A stretch of DNA of 64,000 nucleotides from a virus. Position numbers and translations under genes: made by a program. Below, piece after piece: positions 45,510 to 55,837 of this stretch (positions are counted from its first letter, which is position 1; the number at the start of each line of letters is the position of its first letter). The stretch is taken from IMG/VR virus record IMGVR_UViG_3300045988_176682; one strand, 5' to 3'. The notes beneath the pieces are model-generated. The model saw only the letters and a list, made by a program, of their open reading frames with translations. It had not been told where the DNA came from and ran no database searches.

Positions 45510-45817
45510 CAAAATTCAACTGTGGTCTATTTGATATGGTAGGAAATTGGCAGCATGGAGAAATAATTGAGGGAACTTATCGAACCAGAGATGCCGCTTC
45601 AAAATATCTCGGAACAAATCGAGATAAGATTATTGACCAAAGATACCTTTGTGTGGTTACGGATAATAAAAATTCAATCGCAGTTTATTTGGTAACCCCT
45701 AAAAATATCTTTAATCAAAAAAGTTTGATTGAAGTTAAACTTGCCGAGGGATTAAGGGGAGATTTAGTAGATGTACTTGTTGATAGCACCCTACACACAC
45801 CAAAGCTCTCTGGTTAA
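45506..45817 (+). CDS. hypothetical protein
   Basis: 103 aa ORF. Confidence 0.4.
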   Translation: MTKFNCGLFDMVGNWQHGEIIEGTYRTRDAASKYLGTNRDKIIDQRYLCVVTDNKNSIAVYLVTPKNIFNQKSLIEVKLAEGLRGDLVDVLVDSTLHTPKLSG

Positions 45818-46121
45818 AAAGGCCAGAGCCCGAGCCACTTTAGATGTAGCCAACAGCCTTGGTACAGAGGTTATGGCTCCCTCTCTTTATGCCCACCTAA
45901 TCGGCGAAACCGGAGAGACTTTTAATCTTCATGCGTTAACTTTTTCTCTGCTTAGAAATGTTAACGGAGTTATTGCTTATAAACTTCCCGGCTATCAAAT
46001 TGACGAGGAATTTAAGAAAACCATAGAGGCTGCTGTAGCTCTTGATATACCCGTACAAATGATGGACCCTTATCCGTCTCATTTACAGGGTAATTATGCA
46101 GACGTTTGGCAGTCTCTTTAA
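45771..46121 (+). CDS. hypothetical protein (possibly DUF1937/DUF4406-like nucleoside 2-deoxyribosyltransferase fold)
   Basis: MYLLIAPYTH ... VIAYKLPGYQIDEEFKKTIEAAVALDIPV. Confidence 0.3.
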   Translation: MYLLIAPYTHQSSLVKKARARATLDVANSLGTEVMAPSLYAHLIGETGETFNLHALTFSLLRNVNGVIAYKLPGYQIDEEFKKTIEAAVALDIPVQMMDPYPSHLQGNYADVWQSL

Positions 46122-46137
46122 CGAAGGAAAATAATCA

Positions 46138-48813
46138 ATGCAGCAACCACAACCAGTACCGTCTTTATTAGTCGATGCCAGAAATTATCATACGATATTC
46201 CCGGCTTTAATTGAGAAAATAAAAAACGCTCCCTATTGCGGGATTGATATTGAAACTCATAATGGAAAGGCCCACGATGGCATTAAACTTTACAATAAGC
46301 AGAAGGGTAAAAATGCGTTTGATATACGGCGCACTGTTATCACTGGAATTTCTTTTTACCCCAAAGGAGATACTTGTGCTTACTATGTTAATCTTAATCA
46401 GCTTGATAAAGATAACAGACTTCCTATTGAAGCCGTAAAACAACTTCTTGTATCTAAGTTATGGATTATTCATAATGCTAAGTTCGAATTAACGATGTTG
46501 ATGGCCGTTTATGGTATTGACCTCTCCTCTTATATTTGCACTTATCAATTAGCGGTTTCAGCATTTGGGCCGGACAATTACGATATTGGAAAATTCTGTG
46601 CCACTCCTTTGGGAGAAATCGGGAAACTTTTACCGGAAATTTCCCGAACCTTTGAAAATTATGATATTAATAAACAACCCACACCGGCGCAGGCAGAATT
46701 GATAGGAAAAGTTTGTGGAAAATCCTCGGATGCCGCTCACTCTTACAATGGCTGGGTAAAAGAGATTGCCTATGGTTATGGTTTGAAAAAGCTTGTTAAA
46801 AGCCTGTTTAATTATGATATGGAACACTATGATGAATGTTTAATGTCCTCAAACTATGCCAAACAGCGTGATTTTATTATGAAGAGTAAAGACCCCCAAA
46901 TCAAAACTCTTCAACCATACTTTGAGGAAGAACCACACATGGGCCATTTAACTGGAGAAGAAGTTGTTTCTTATGGTGCCGATGACAGCTATTGGTGTGT
47001 TCAAGTTTATGAGTGGTTACTTGAGTTTATTTTAGCTAACTCCCCGGAAGTTATTCCTACATTCCTTAATCAGGAAAATCCTATGGCTAAAATCTTCTCT
47101 AAGATTACTCTCGGGGGATTGAGAATTAATGAGGAAAACGTATATAAAAAGAGGGACGAGGAACGGGTTAATCTTGCCCATACTCTGAGAGATATAAAAA
47201 AGCATATAAGGGAGCTTCTTCCATTCAAATGTAATGAATATCCTGAAACTTTGATGAAGTCAGAAACCTGGTACAGTAAAGACCCTGAAAAATACCGGCA
47301 GAAGATTAGAGAATTTGCTTATTCTCCGGACTTTGATGATTCTCCGGAAGGGATAAAAAACCAAATTTATCAAGTGAACGGAGGAGCGGCTAATTCTTAT
47401 GGGGAAGATAACAAGACTGGCATAATTAACTTGTCCCATTATATGCCGCAAAGGGTTCTTTTTTATGACCTGATGGGTTTTAAGGGTATTAGGAGTAAAG
47501 GAAAGTTACAGTCGGATAAGAATGCCAGAGGTAAAATGATTGAAGAGTGTGAGAAAGATTCTCCTCAACATCTTATCTTAGAATGCTTAAATAAGATTTC
47601 TCAGGTTGACCAAGTTTGTAAACTTTACCTTAACCCTTACTTACTCTTGATTGACCCCGAGACCAAAAGAGTTTATCCAGACATCGGCTCCGACCTCGCT
47701 ACCCGTCGTATGTCAATGTCTAACCCGAACGGTCAACAGCTGGCCAAAGGCGGAGACTCTTCTTATATTCGAGGATTCTATCTTCCTGACAGAGATGACC
47801 ATGTTATTATGTCATCCGACTGGTCAAATATGGAGTTGGTAATCCCGGCAGAACTTTCTGGAGACCCGGAGTTCTTAAAATGCTTCGGACAGATACCTTA
47901 TGAAGACTTACATGCCATTGCCGCGGCAGCGATGTTAGAGCTTACTGATGAAGAGTTTGCCTCATTAAAGGACCTTCCGGAAGATGTTGATAACATCCGA
48001 GGAATCCATTTTAAGAACGAGAGAGGTGAAACATTGAAACCGAAAGATTTCTGGAAATGGGCAAGAAAGAACCTCGGGAAAGGTGCTAACTTCTCCTACG
48101 CTTTCTCCGGAGCCCTGTCTAATCTTCAAGAAAAACTGGGTTGGAGTGATGAATATCATTGGGCCAAGGTAGAAGCTTACCGGAACCGTTTTAACGTGTT
48201 TGAGGAATGGAGACTGGGTATCATTGCTGATGCCAAAGCCCAAGGCTTTGTCCAACTCCCTGACGGTCATAAAAGATACCGGTTTGAGGCTACTCAGATG
48301 TGGAGGCAGATAATGACAGATAAGTTTTTAGCAACCTATGATTCACCCGGCGTTAGAAATTTCTTACAAAAATTCCTGAAATTAACGCAAACTAGGGCAA
48401 ATAACCAGGCGGTTAACGCTTTGGTGCAAGGTACCGCAGCGGCGCTGACCAAGAGAAGTATGATAAGGTTATCAGAAGAGATTACTAAACGGGGATGGGA
48501 TGACGGAAGAGTTAGAATTATGATGCCTATCCATGATGAAATTGTGGCTTCTGTACATAAAGATCTTGTTCTTGAATATCGTAAATTGATTAGACAGGTT
48601 ATGTGTGAACAACCGTGGCTTTTCCACAAGGTTATTCTTAACTGTTCAGTCAGTATGGGAAGAACTTTCGAACCCTTTAATCTTGAGAAAGCTCCTCTCG
48701 GTCAAATTGAGTTGGACGAGGCTCCTCATGTTGACTTTATCGACCAGAAGTTTTGGGGTAAATCAATGGATGATGAAGCTGTCAAAAGATGCCTTGACTA
48801 TCTTTTTGAATAA
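46138..48813 (+). CDS. DNA polymerase I (family A) with 3'-5' exonuclease domain
   Basis: Exo I YCGIDIETHNG, Exo II WIIHNAKFELTML, Exo III YGADDSYW. Pol motif A DWSNMELVI, motif B RKNLGKGANFSYAFSG, motif C MPIHDEIV. Confidence 0.85.
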   Translation: MQQPQPVPSLLVDARNYHTIFPALIEKIKNAPYCGIDIETHNGKAHDGIKLYNKQKGKNAFDIRRTVITGISFYPKGDTCAYYVNLNQLDKDNRLPIEAVKQLLVSKLWIIHNAKFELTMLMAVYGIDLSSYICTYQLAVSAFGPDNYDIGKFCATPLGEIGKLLPEISRTFENYDINKQPTPAQAELIGKVCGKSSDAAHSYNGWVKEIAYGYGLKKLVKSLFNYDMEHYDECLMSSNYAKQRDFIMKSKDPQIKTLQPYFEEEPHMGHLTGEEVVSYGADDSYWCVQVYEWLLEFILANSPEVIPTFLNQENPMAKIFSKITLGGLRINEENVYKKRDEERVNLAHTLRDIKKHIRELLPFKCNEYPETLMKSETWYSKDPEKYRQKIREFAYSPDFDDSPEGIKNQIYQVNGGAANSYGEDNKTGIINLSHYMPQRVLFYDLMGFKGIRSKGKLQSDKNARGKMIEECEKDSPQHLILECLNKISQVDQVCKLYLNPYLLLIDPETKRVYPDIGSDLATRRMSMSNPNGQQLAKGGDSSYIRGFYLPDRDDHVIMSSDWSNMELVIPAELSGDPEFLKCFGQIPYEDLHAIAAAAMLELTDEEFASLKDLPEDVDNIRGIHFKNERGETLKPKDFWKWARKNLGKGANFSYAFSGALSNLQEKLGWSDEYHWAKVEAYRNRFNVFEEWRLGIIADAKAQGFVQLPDGHKRYRFEATQMWRQIMTDKFLATYDSPGVRNFLQKFLKLTQTRANNQAVNALVQGTAAALTKRSMIRLSEEITKRGWDDGRVRIMMPIHDEIVASVHKDLVLEYRKLIRQVMCEQPWLFHKVILNCSVSMGRTFEPFNLEKAPLGQIELDEAPHVDFIDQKFWGKSMDDEAVKRCLDYLFE

Positions 48814-48859
48814 ACATAATATGGAAGTAGTTTTTAATTATGTGTCGGGATAAAAACTC

Positions 48860-51571
48860 ATGCAAACTCTACTTCCTTCTGGCCCTGTTAAATCACAGTA
48901 CACCGGAGACGGTACTAAAACCGTATTCGAGTTTAATGTAGATATTACGGACAATTCTGTTATCCGAGTCTATTTGAACAACGTCGAAAGTTCTTCCGGA
49001 TGGACTTACAGTGAAGAAGGAAAGTCTGTTACTTTCACCACCGCCCCTGCTGCCGGGACCAGTATCGTTATAATGCGATACGCCCCGGCAGCTTATACTG
49101 AAAGCATTACCGACAAAGGTATAATTTCCCCGGAAACTTTAGATAATATGGCTGTCGAGCTGACGGCTCAGATTCAGACTCTGGAAGAGAAACTGTCTCG
49201 GGCTCCGGTATTTCCTGTCGATACCGACAGAACCGGAGAAGAGATATATAATGACTTCAAACAAATGGAAAGTTCCACGGTTTCTGCCGCGGCAGAAAGC
49301 ACCGCTGCGGTACAAGATGTTAAGGAATTAAGGGATGAATCTCTTAATAGCCTTAATACCGCTGTTGAGACCGCCAAACAAACTATCGGAAGTTATACTA
49401 ACAACATGGTCGGCACCGTTGAAGACGCTACTGCCGGCTATATTAACCAAGCCAAAACTTGGGCTACCGGAGAGATTGATGAGGTAGCCGAAATCCAACC
49501 GGGAGAACGGTCATCTCGAGGTTATGCTGATGTTTCTGCGGCTTATGCCAGTACTCCGGAAGATGTTCCGATTGAGGACAGCGATATATTGGCCTTGGAA
49601 ATATTTAAAGGAGATAAGGGTGACCCAGGAAATGACGGTCTCCCTGGAGGAGGCTGGGAACTTTTTGACCATAAGTCTTCTGACCACCTCATTAACAACT
49701 ATGGCTGGGTTCGTTCTAATCTTCAATGGTGTTATGGCTCTATGTATCAGAGCGGTTATAATCACCTTATAGAGACCTCTGATGCGATTGCTTATACTAA
49801 AAAATATTATCAAGTTAATAACGGGTCTGTTAAGTATTTAATTAATTATACTAAGACCCAGTTACAGGCTTTAGTAGATGATATAAGAGTATCTGAAAAA
49901 GAGAAAGTAGTTGCCTTATATACTTATCAGAATAACTCGGGTCCTCTTCCGGTAGTTTATCAATATAATAAAGCAAGAGATATTCTTAATGATGCCAATT
50001 TTACATGGCCTAACGGAAGCACAGAAACTTTTACCAGAAGTACAAAATATTCCGAAATAAGCTATCTGGACCGGTACAAGGACGGGTATAATTTTACCAA
50101 TCAAAAGGCTATGATAAAAAGGAACGGTTGGACAAGGTTTGGTACTACCAGTATCATAACCTTACCGATAGGGGTACCACAAGCAACCGGTACTAATGAT
50201 AACTGGACTTTCTTTACCCATTTCAAAACCGGGTCTAATATTAGTGCCAGACAGGTTATCTTAAATATGCAATATAACGGAACCGCAGATTATGGGCTTA
50301 TTTTAGATATTTATTCCTCAAAAATTAACATATATGTTTCAAGCGACGGAACTTCATGGGATGTTATCAGTAACGTATCAGGTACCACTACTTTAACAAT
50401 TAATACTGAATATTACCTGAAATTAGAAAGATATTATGTAGCCAGGGGTAATGCCGGCTATCGGGTTTACTTGTCTCGGGATGGGGTTACTTGGTCTACT
50501 GAGATAAATCAAGTAAAAGATGCTGGTATCTTGGCCGGTAATAAGCCCGGTACTGTTGTTATTGGTAATAAGACCTCAGATATGGCTAGATATTTCAGAG
50601 GATATATTGATTTAAGCGAGAGCAGGTTTGAACATAAACTTCCCCAATATAACTGGGAACCCTATCATTGGGTGGATATTAATTATTACCGAAATTCCGA
50701 GGGAAGAAAAATTTGCTCATCCGGACAAGAGGATAATCTTCGTAAAGTTATCCAATTAAGCGGACAGGCATGGTATTATATTCTCGACCGAAGTAATGAG
50801 AGATTTAAACTCCCTTATTCCGAAAACTTCGAACGGTTTGGTACTAAAAATATCGGAAATTACCAGGAAGATATGTCTCAGGATTTTGCTGTATTTTGGG
50901 AAGGTTCAGATGATAATTATACTAGGTATCCTGATATGATAAACCTTTCCGGAAATATTATTTTCCCGGAAAGGAATTATGCCGGTATAGATGAATTTGG
51001 ACCTTATACCAGTAATGAGGCTACCACTTGGGACCGTCTCGAAGGCAGGATGTCTAATAAGTATAATGCCGGAGACCAGGTATCTCCTCGAGCAACTTTA
51101 TTTTATCTCTATTTCTATCTTGGAGAAGTTGCTGCTTCTTCGGCCAGTGTTGACCTGAACGGATTAAGTGAAACTGTTGCTGATAAAATGGATAATGATT
51201 TCGGGAACGCAACCATAGGGTTCGACCCGGTAATTGATTATTATCCTAAGACAGATGCCGAGAAAACAGCTGAATCCAATGCCGGAACTTACAGATGGTG
51301 GAGAAAATACAGGAGTGGTTGGATTGAACAGGGAGGATTTATTGATACTGTATCAGAAAACTCTACGGCTACGATTGAGTTTTTAAAAAATTTCAATAAT
51401 AAAAAATACTTTGTCTCTTTATTGGAAGTAAAAAACAAAGATACTTCAAACAACGGCTCAACTAACGCGAACGCTATTTCTCAACAAGATACATACCGTA
51501 TGGTTATTATTACCTATTCTTGGGACAATGGTCGTTTATGGGAAGCAAAAGGATGGGGAGCTGATGAATAA
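48860..51571 (+). CDS. tail fiber / receptor-binding protein (T7-tail-fiber-like N-terminal anchor, collagen-like tract, LamG/ConA-like C-terminal domain)
   Basis: N-terminus YTGDGTKTVFEFNVDI...VRVYLNNV...VTFTTAPAAGTSIVI. GDKGDPGNDGLPGG. C-terminal beta-rich lectin-like domain. Confidence 0.6.
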   Translation: MQTLLPSGPVKSQYTGDGTKTVFEFNVDITDNSVIRVYLNNVESSSGWTYSEEGKSVTFTTAPAAGTSIVIMRYAPAAYTESITDKGIISPETLDNMAVELTAQIQTLEEKLSRAPVFPVDTDRTGEEIYNDFKQMESSTVSAAAESTAAVQDVKELRDESLNSLNTAVETAKQTIGSYTNNMVGTVEDATAGYINQAKTWATGEIDEVAEIQPGERSSRGYADVSAAYASTPEDVPIEDSDILALEIFKGDKGDPGNDGLPGGGWELFDHKSSDHLINNYGWVRSNLQWCYGSMYQSGYNHLIETSDAIAYTKKYYQVNNGSVKYLINYTKTQLQALVDDIRVSEKEKVVALYTYQNNSGPLPVVYQYNKARDILNDANFTWPNGSTETFTRSTKYSEISYLDRYKDGYNFTNQKAMIKRNGWTRFGTTSIITLPIGVPQATGTNDNWTFFTHFKTGSNISARQVILNMQYNGTADYGLILDIYSSKINIYVSSDGTSWDVISNVSGTTTLTINTEYYLKLERYYVARGNAGYRVYLSRDGVTWSTEINQVKDAGILAGNKPGTVVIGNKTSDMARYFRGYIDLSESRFEHKLPQYNWEPYHWVDINYYRNSEGRKICSSGQEDNLRKVIQLSGQAWYYILDRSNERFKLPYSENFERFGTKNIGNYQEDMSQDFAVFWEGSDDNYTRYPDMINLSGNIIFPERNYAGIDEFGPYTSNEATTWDRLEGRMSNKYNAGDQVSPRATLFYLYFYLGEVAASSASVDLNGLSETVADKMDNDFGNATIGFDPVIDYYPKTDAEKTAESNAGTYRWWRKYRSGWIEQGGFIDTVSENSTATIEFLKNFNNKKYFVSLLEVKNKDTSNNGSTNANAISQQDTYRMVIITYSWDNGRLWEAKGWGADE

Positions 51572-52203
51572 TGACAGAAGAAATTAGATACAGTGCACTT
51601 CACTATGCTGCGAAATCAAAAAGTTCCGCAGATGCCGCAGCCGCGTCGGCATCTCATTGCGACCAGGTTGCCGCTGACTTCGATGTTAATGCAGCTCAAA
51701 AAACTTCAGATTTTGATGCAAACGCGGCTGCCAAGACAACAACTTTTAACAATAATGCACAAACCAAGACAAATGAATATAATGCTAACCACAATGATAA
51801 GTTAGCCATTATTCAAGGTAAAGTGACCGAGTCCCAAACTTGGGCAACCCGTTCCGAAAATGCTGCCCATACCACTTTAAGAGATGTTGTCCCTCTTGGA
51901 AGCCTCGCTGCGGACAGTACCACTACTTTGGCTGAAAATAATGTGTATTCTGCTACTATCCCTGCCGCAGGAAATTATAGTTTTGCTCTCAGCATTACCA
52001 ATACTTCTCCGGCTTATCATGTGCAGATAAAATTATTCCTGACAGTTGTCCCGTCAGCGCCGATTATCTCTTGGGGATGTGACAAGTTTTTTAATGGAGC
52101 AGAACCCGACATTGAGGCCGGTAACTATGTTATTTACTGGGATTACGATAATCTTACCCAGCAATGGGTTTGTGGCGGTATGCCCTATTCTGTAGCCGAT
52201 TAG
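51571..52203 (+). CDS. tail fiber protein (Stf/gpH-like Ala/Ser/Thr/Asn repeats)
   Basis: ALHYAAKSKSSADAAAASA...NAAQKTSDFDANAAAKTTTFNNNAQTKTNEYNAN resembles the SETNAK-type repeats of P2 H / lambda Stf. Confidence 0.45.
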   Translation: MTEEIRYSALHYAAKSKSSADAAAASASHCDQVAADFDVNAAQKTSDFDANAAAKTTTFNNNAQTKTNEYNANHNDKLAIIQGKVTESQTWATRSENAAHTTLRDVVPLGSLAADSTTTLAENNVYSATIPAAGNYSFALSITNTSPAYHVQIKLFLTVVPSAPIISWGCDKFFNGAEPDIEAGNYVIYWDYDNLTQQWVCGGMPYSVAD

Positions 52204-52213
52204 GAGAAAGAAA

Positions 52214-52987
52214 GTGGCTGATGAAAAACTTATACGATACAGTCATGACCTTTTAGGAGGAAAAGTTCCGTTCGAGCCGGTTACTTTTGGTGCTGCAGCT
52301 TTTTTTCAGGAATGGGAAGTCCCTCCTGGGCACCGAAAGATAAGAGTAGACATCGTGGGAGGTAAAGGTTACGGTGGAGAATCGGGAAGTTCAGCTCCCT
52401 CAGGAGGCTATGGCGGGCGAGTAACATGTGTCTTGGAAGTAAAGCCAAGACAAAAACTTTATATTTGGGCCGGAAGAGTTCCAACATCCTTAACTGAGGT
52501 TTATGATAACTCAGCCCATATTAATACATCAACATCTAATTCTAAAGACACTATTTTAGTTATTGCCGGTGGGGGGGGCTCGGTAGGGTCCGGAAATAAT
52601 GTTACTCCAGGCGGGGCTGGCGGAGGAACTACCGGAGCCGCAGGTAAAGATGCAGGTTGTTCAGGCGGGGGAAAAGGTGGAACACAAACCGCTGGTGGGG
52701 CTGGCGGACAATATATTACTTGGACTTCTCAACAAGTTGCCGCCGGTTCGGCAGGAACATTTTTAAAGGGAGGAGCTCCCGGAAGTAATCGTGGAGTTGG
52801 CGGGGCTGGCGGCGCTGGCTGGTATGGTGGCGGTGGCGGTGCCGGTGGGTTTACTAAATCAGCCGGAACGTATGGCGGCGGAGGCGGAGGAGGTTCTTCT
52901 TATACTCATCCTACACTTTGCAGTGAAGTAACCCACTATCAGGGATATAGAAGTTATAGTGGATATGTAAAAATTTCGATGTATTAG
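52214..52987 (+). CDS. glycine-rich protein (putative distal tail-fiber/adhesin component), paralog 1
   Basis: N-terminus YSHDLLGGKVPFEPVTF...IRVDIVGGKGYGG...GGRVTCVLEVKPRQKLYIWAG, then GG(A/S)GG runs. Confidence 0.4.
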   Translation: MADEKLIRYSHDLLGGKVPFEPVTFGAAAFFQEWEVPPGHRKIRVDIVGGKGYGGESGSSAPSGGYGGRVTCVLEVKPRQKLYIWAGRVPTSLTEVYDNSAHINTSTSNSKDTILVIAGGGGSVGSGNNVTPGGAGGGTTGAAGKDAGCSGGGKGGTQTAGGAGGQYITWTSQQVAAGSAGTFLKGGAPGSNRGVGGAGGAGWYGGGGGAGGFTKSAGTYGGGGGGGSSYTHPTLCSEVTHYQGYRSYSGYVKISMY

Positions 52988-52993
52988 GAGAAA

Positions 52994-54397
52994 ATGATGA
53001 CCGAAGAAACAATTCTCGATAAAGCGAAGGGGGGGGGTGACTGGGACGAACCTCTAATTTATTATAGTTATGAATTATTAGCAGGCAGTTATAGTACTGA
53101 CCCCATCACTTTCCGACCGGCAAGCAACAATGTTCCGGTATTATTTAAAGTCCCAGGAGCGTGCAAATATCTAAAGGTAGATTGTGTAGGCGCTACCGGA
53201 GGAGGAAATAGCGGCGGCGCTGGTGGACGGGTACAGTGTATATTAGATGTAAGAGAGAATAAAAGATTATATATCTTTGCCGGGAAATCTCATGGAACTT
53301 CTTATGATTCCAGAGTCTATGATGCTTCTCATATTAGTACATCTTACAGCTATAATGAAGGAAACACGTCGGCTCTTAACCAGAGGTTAGTGGTAGCCGG
53401 AGCGGGAGGAAATCGTTATCAAGGTTATGGTGCCGGTGCCGGAGGAGGTCTGACCGGTGGTACCGCAGCCGGAGATATTATCCATCCCGGTTATGGTGGA
53501 ACACAAACAGCTGGCGGAGCCCCCTCACATAATATTCGAGGGAGTATTCGAGGCACGCCTAATTTCGGAAATGCCGGAGTATTTGGATATGGCGGCTCGG
53601 GACCTTATCCGGGCGGGGCTGGCTGGTATGGCGGAGGTTCGGGAGGTACTTGTTATGTATCTAAAGCTGGTACACAATGGGCCGGCGCTGGTGGAGGTTC
53701 CTCTTATACAAAATCAGGCTTATGTAAGGAGGTAGTCCATACGCAAGGATATAACAAGAACGGTAACGGATGGGTTACGATACAATGTTTGAGGGGGGGG
53801 GTAACTATTCCTAATTTCGAGGTTGTTGGTTCTCCGACGATTGATGAAAATTATAATGTTAGTGGTTTTAGTTTAAATGATTATGTAAAAATAGGCCTAA
53901 ATAAATCTGTAACTACTAAGAATCTTGAGATACAACTTAAGATTACTACACCTAAAACATGGACTATATCTGGTTATGAAGATTTTATAGCATATGCTGG
54001 AGATAATTATAAAAAAGGTTTAATAGATATAAATATTTATTCAGCGAATAACCCCTATGTTTCAGCAGGTTTTCATACAGATACAGATACTTTTTCTATT
54101 AAGGTATTAAAAGTAATAGAATTAAATAAAACTTATTGGTTTAAAATTACATATGATGGAAAAATTTTTAGGGGATATAATTCTTTAGATGGTAAAATTT
54201 GGAATTTATATGAAGAAAAAATTTATAGTGAAAACGAAGAAAAGGATATATCTATCGAAAAACAAACTTATTATGTAGGACTTTGGAATCCAGATAGAGG
54301 CACTGATAGAAGTGTTTTCCCTGGAACAATACATTTATCAGAATCTTATATTAAAGCAAATGGAGAAATTTTATGGGCGAGTACAACAAAGACATAG
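52994..54397 (+). CDS. glycine-rich protein, paralog 2, with extra C-terminal beta-rich domain
   Basis: YSYELLAGSYSTDPITF...LKVDCVGATGGGNSGGAGGRVQCILDVRENKRLYIFAG parallels paralog 1. Has about 190 extra C-terminal residues. Confidence 0.4.
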   Translation: MMTEETILDKAKGGGDWDEPLIYYSYELLAGSYSTDPITFRPASNNVPVLFKVPGACKYLKVDCVGATGGGNSGGAGGRVQCILDVRENKRLYIFAGKSHGTSYDSRVYDASHISTSYSYNEGNTSALNQRLVVAGAGGNRYQGYGAGAGGGLTGGTAAGDIIHPGYGGTQTAGGAPSHNIRGSIRGTPNFGNAGVFGYGGSGPYPGGAGWYGGGSGGTCYVSKAGTQWAGAGGGSSYTKSGLCKEVVHTQGYNKNGNGWVTIQCLRGGVTIPNFEVVGSPTIDENYNVSGFSLNDYVKIGLNKSVTTKNLEIQLKITTPKTWTISGYEDFIAYAGDNYKKGLIDINIYSANNPYVSAGFHTDTDTFSIKVLKVIELNKTYWFKITYDGKIFRGYNSLDGKIWNLYEEKIYSENEEKDISIEKQTYYVGLWNPDRGTDRSVFPGTIHLSESYIKANGEILWASTTKT

Positions 54398-54813
54398 AAG
54401 TAGATTATGTAAAACTTGAAGATGGGATGCTTCAATATGCTCCGATAAACGGATATGGTTATTCTAATTTTAACCAGTCGGTAGAGCTTATGGAAAAGTA
54501 TGGATATAAACCTTTTTATCCTACGGAAAAGCCCGAAGGAGGTTATGGTACTTATAACTATCATTATGAGGATAAAGGGGACCGAATCGAACAGGTTTGG
54601 ACTTTTACTCCCTATACCAAAGAAGATGTTAGACAGTTTCGTAGTGAAGACTATAAAAATATGACTGATAATCTTTGTTCGGAATATACCAGAAAGAGTA
54701 TCCTCGGAACATTAACAGAGGAAAGAAAGCTTGAAATCGAGGAACAACTTGATATGATAAGTAAGTATATTAACGAACGTTACCCTTATCCGGAGGAGAC
54801 CAATAATGAGTGA
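54373..54813 (+). CDS. hypothetical protein
   Basis: 146 aa ORF. Confidence 0.4.
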   Translation: MGEYNKDIEVDYVKLEDGMLQYAPINGYGYSNFNQSVELMEKYGYKPFYPTEKPEGGYGTYNYHYEDKGDRIEQVWTFTPYTKEDVRQFRSEDYKNMTDNLCSEYTRKSILGTLTEERKLEIEEQLDMISKYINERYPYPEETNNE

Positions 54814-55180
54814 GCCTACGATTTCCCAACTTTTAGAAATGTTAAACAATAAGCTTGAGACCGATTTATCTAACGCTCCTGCTGCCTTTGCCTTTATAAA
54901 AAAGGTTACAGAGAATGAGTTTGGAACCTGTATAGAATTTACTAACGGTTTTAAGGTTATGTTCGGTTATTATGAAGTAAGTGCTAACGCTTCCTCACCT
55001 AAATTGGTAACATTTCCCGATTCCTTTACAAGAGATGATTATTATTTTGGGGTAACTCCTGTCTATAACGGTGACCTTGCCCTTCAATATATCGAAGAAT
55101 ATCCCAACACCCGGTCGCTTCGGTCTGTTCAGGTATCTTATACAGTTAATAAAGCAAGATGGTTGGCTGTTGGTTTTTAG
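54806..55180 (+). CDS. hypothetical protein
   Basis: 124 aa ORF. Confidence 0.4.
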   Translation: MSEPTISQLLEMLNNKLETDLSNAPAAFAFIKKVTENEFGTCIEFTNGFKVMFGYYEVSANASSPKLVTFPDSFTRDDYYFGVTPVYNGDLALQYIEEYPNTRSLRSVQVSYTVNKARWLAVGF

Positions 55181-55189
55181 GAAAAAATT

Positions 55190-55837
55190 ATGATTTCATT
55201 TTTTGTAGCGATTCTAAACGGCATTATCTGGGCTGCTCTTCGCAGGATTTATGGAGGAGCTATTAAGACAGGCCTTTTATCAAAAAGAGGAATCCAGACA
55301 GCAATTATGCTGTTATCTATGTTTCCCTTTATGGTTCCCTCAACGTTTCTCTCAACAATTCCCGATTACAAAACCAATCTTGCAATCGTTCTCGGTATTG
55401 TTTATTCGGTTTATATTCAGTTTGTTTTCTGGTCAAAAGGACATGGTCCTATGTTTGATATAGGAACCGATAAAAAGCCCACATCCGGAACCATTGAAAG
55501 ATACGAAGAAATGTGGGGATATAAGTTGGCCTGTAAGACTACTCCTTACCCAAGATGGTACGGTTTCTGGTTTGATTTTAAATTGATGTTTTATCGTTAT
55601 TCATGGCCAATGATACCGATAGCGGTAATTTGCTCCTCTTTCGGTATGTTTCTCGCCGGCTTGGCTATTGCTCCAATATACGCCTTTTGCTGGGCTCTCT
55701 ACAGAGAGGAAAAGTGGATATTTAACAAGCTTCCTTTCTGGTGCAGTTATCCCACCAATTTAGCAGAAATACTCTCTGGTTTTGTATTTGGATTCGCCAT
55801 TGCCTATGATAACGATATATACAGATTCTTCCTATAA
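55190..55837 (+). CDS. polytopic membrane protein (4-5 TM)
   Basis: 215 aa with several hydrophobic helices. Confidence 0.45.
   Translation: MISFFVAILNGIIWAALRRIYGGAIKTGLLSKRGIQTAIMLLSMFPFMVPSTFLSTIPDYKTNLAIVLGIVYSVYIQFVFWSKGHGPMFDIGTDKKPTSGTIERYEEMWGYKLACKTTPYPRWYGFWFDFKLMFYRYSWPMIPIAVICSSFGMFLAGLAIAPIYAFCWALYREEKWIFNKLPFWCSYPTNLAEILSGFVFGFAIAYDNDIYRFFL

Noticed and set aside
48860-54397. Diversity-generating retroelement targeting the fiber genes
   Set aside because: No reverse transcriptase gene and no template/variable repeat pair noticed.
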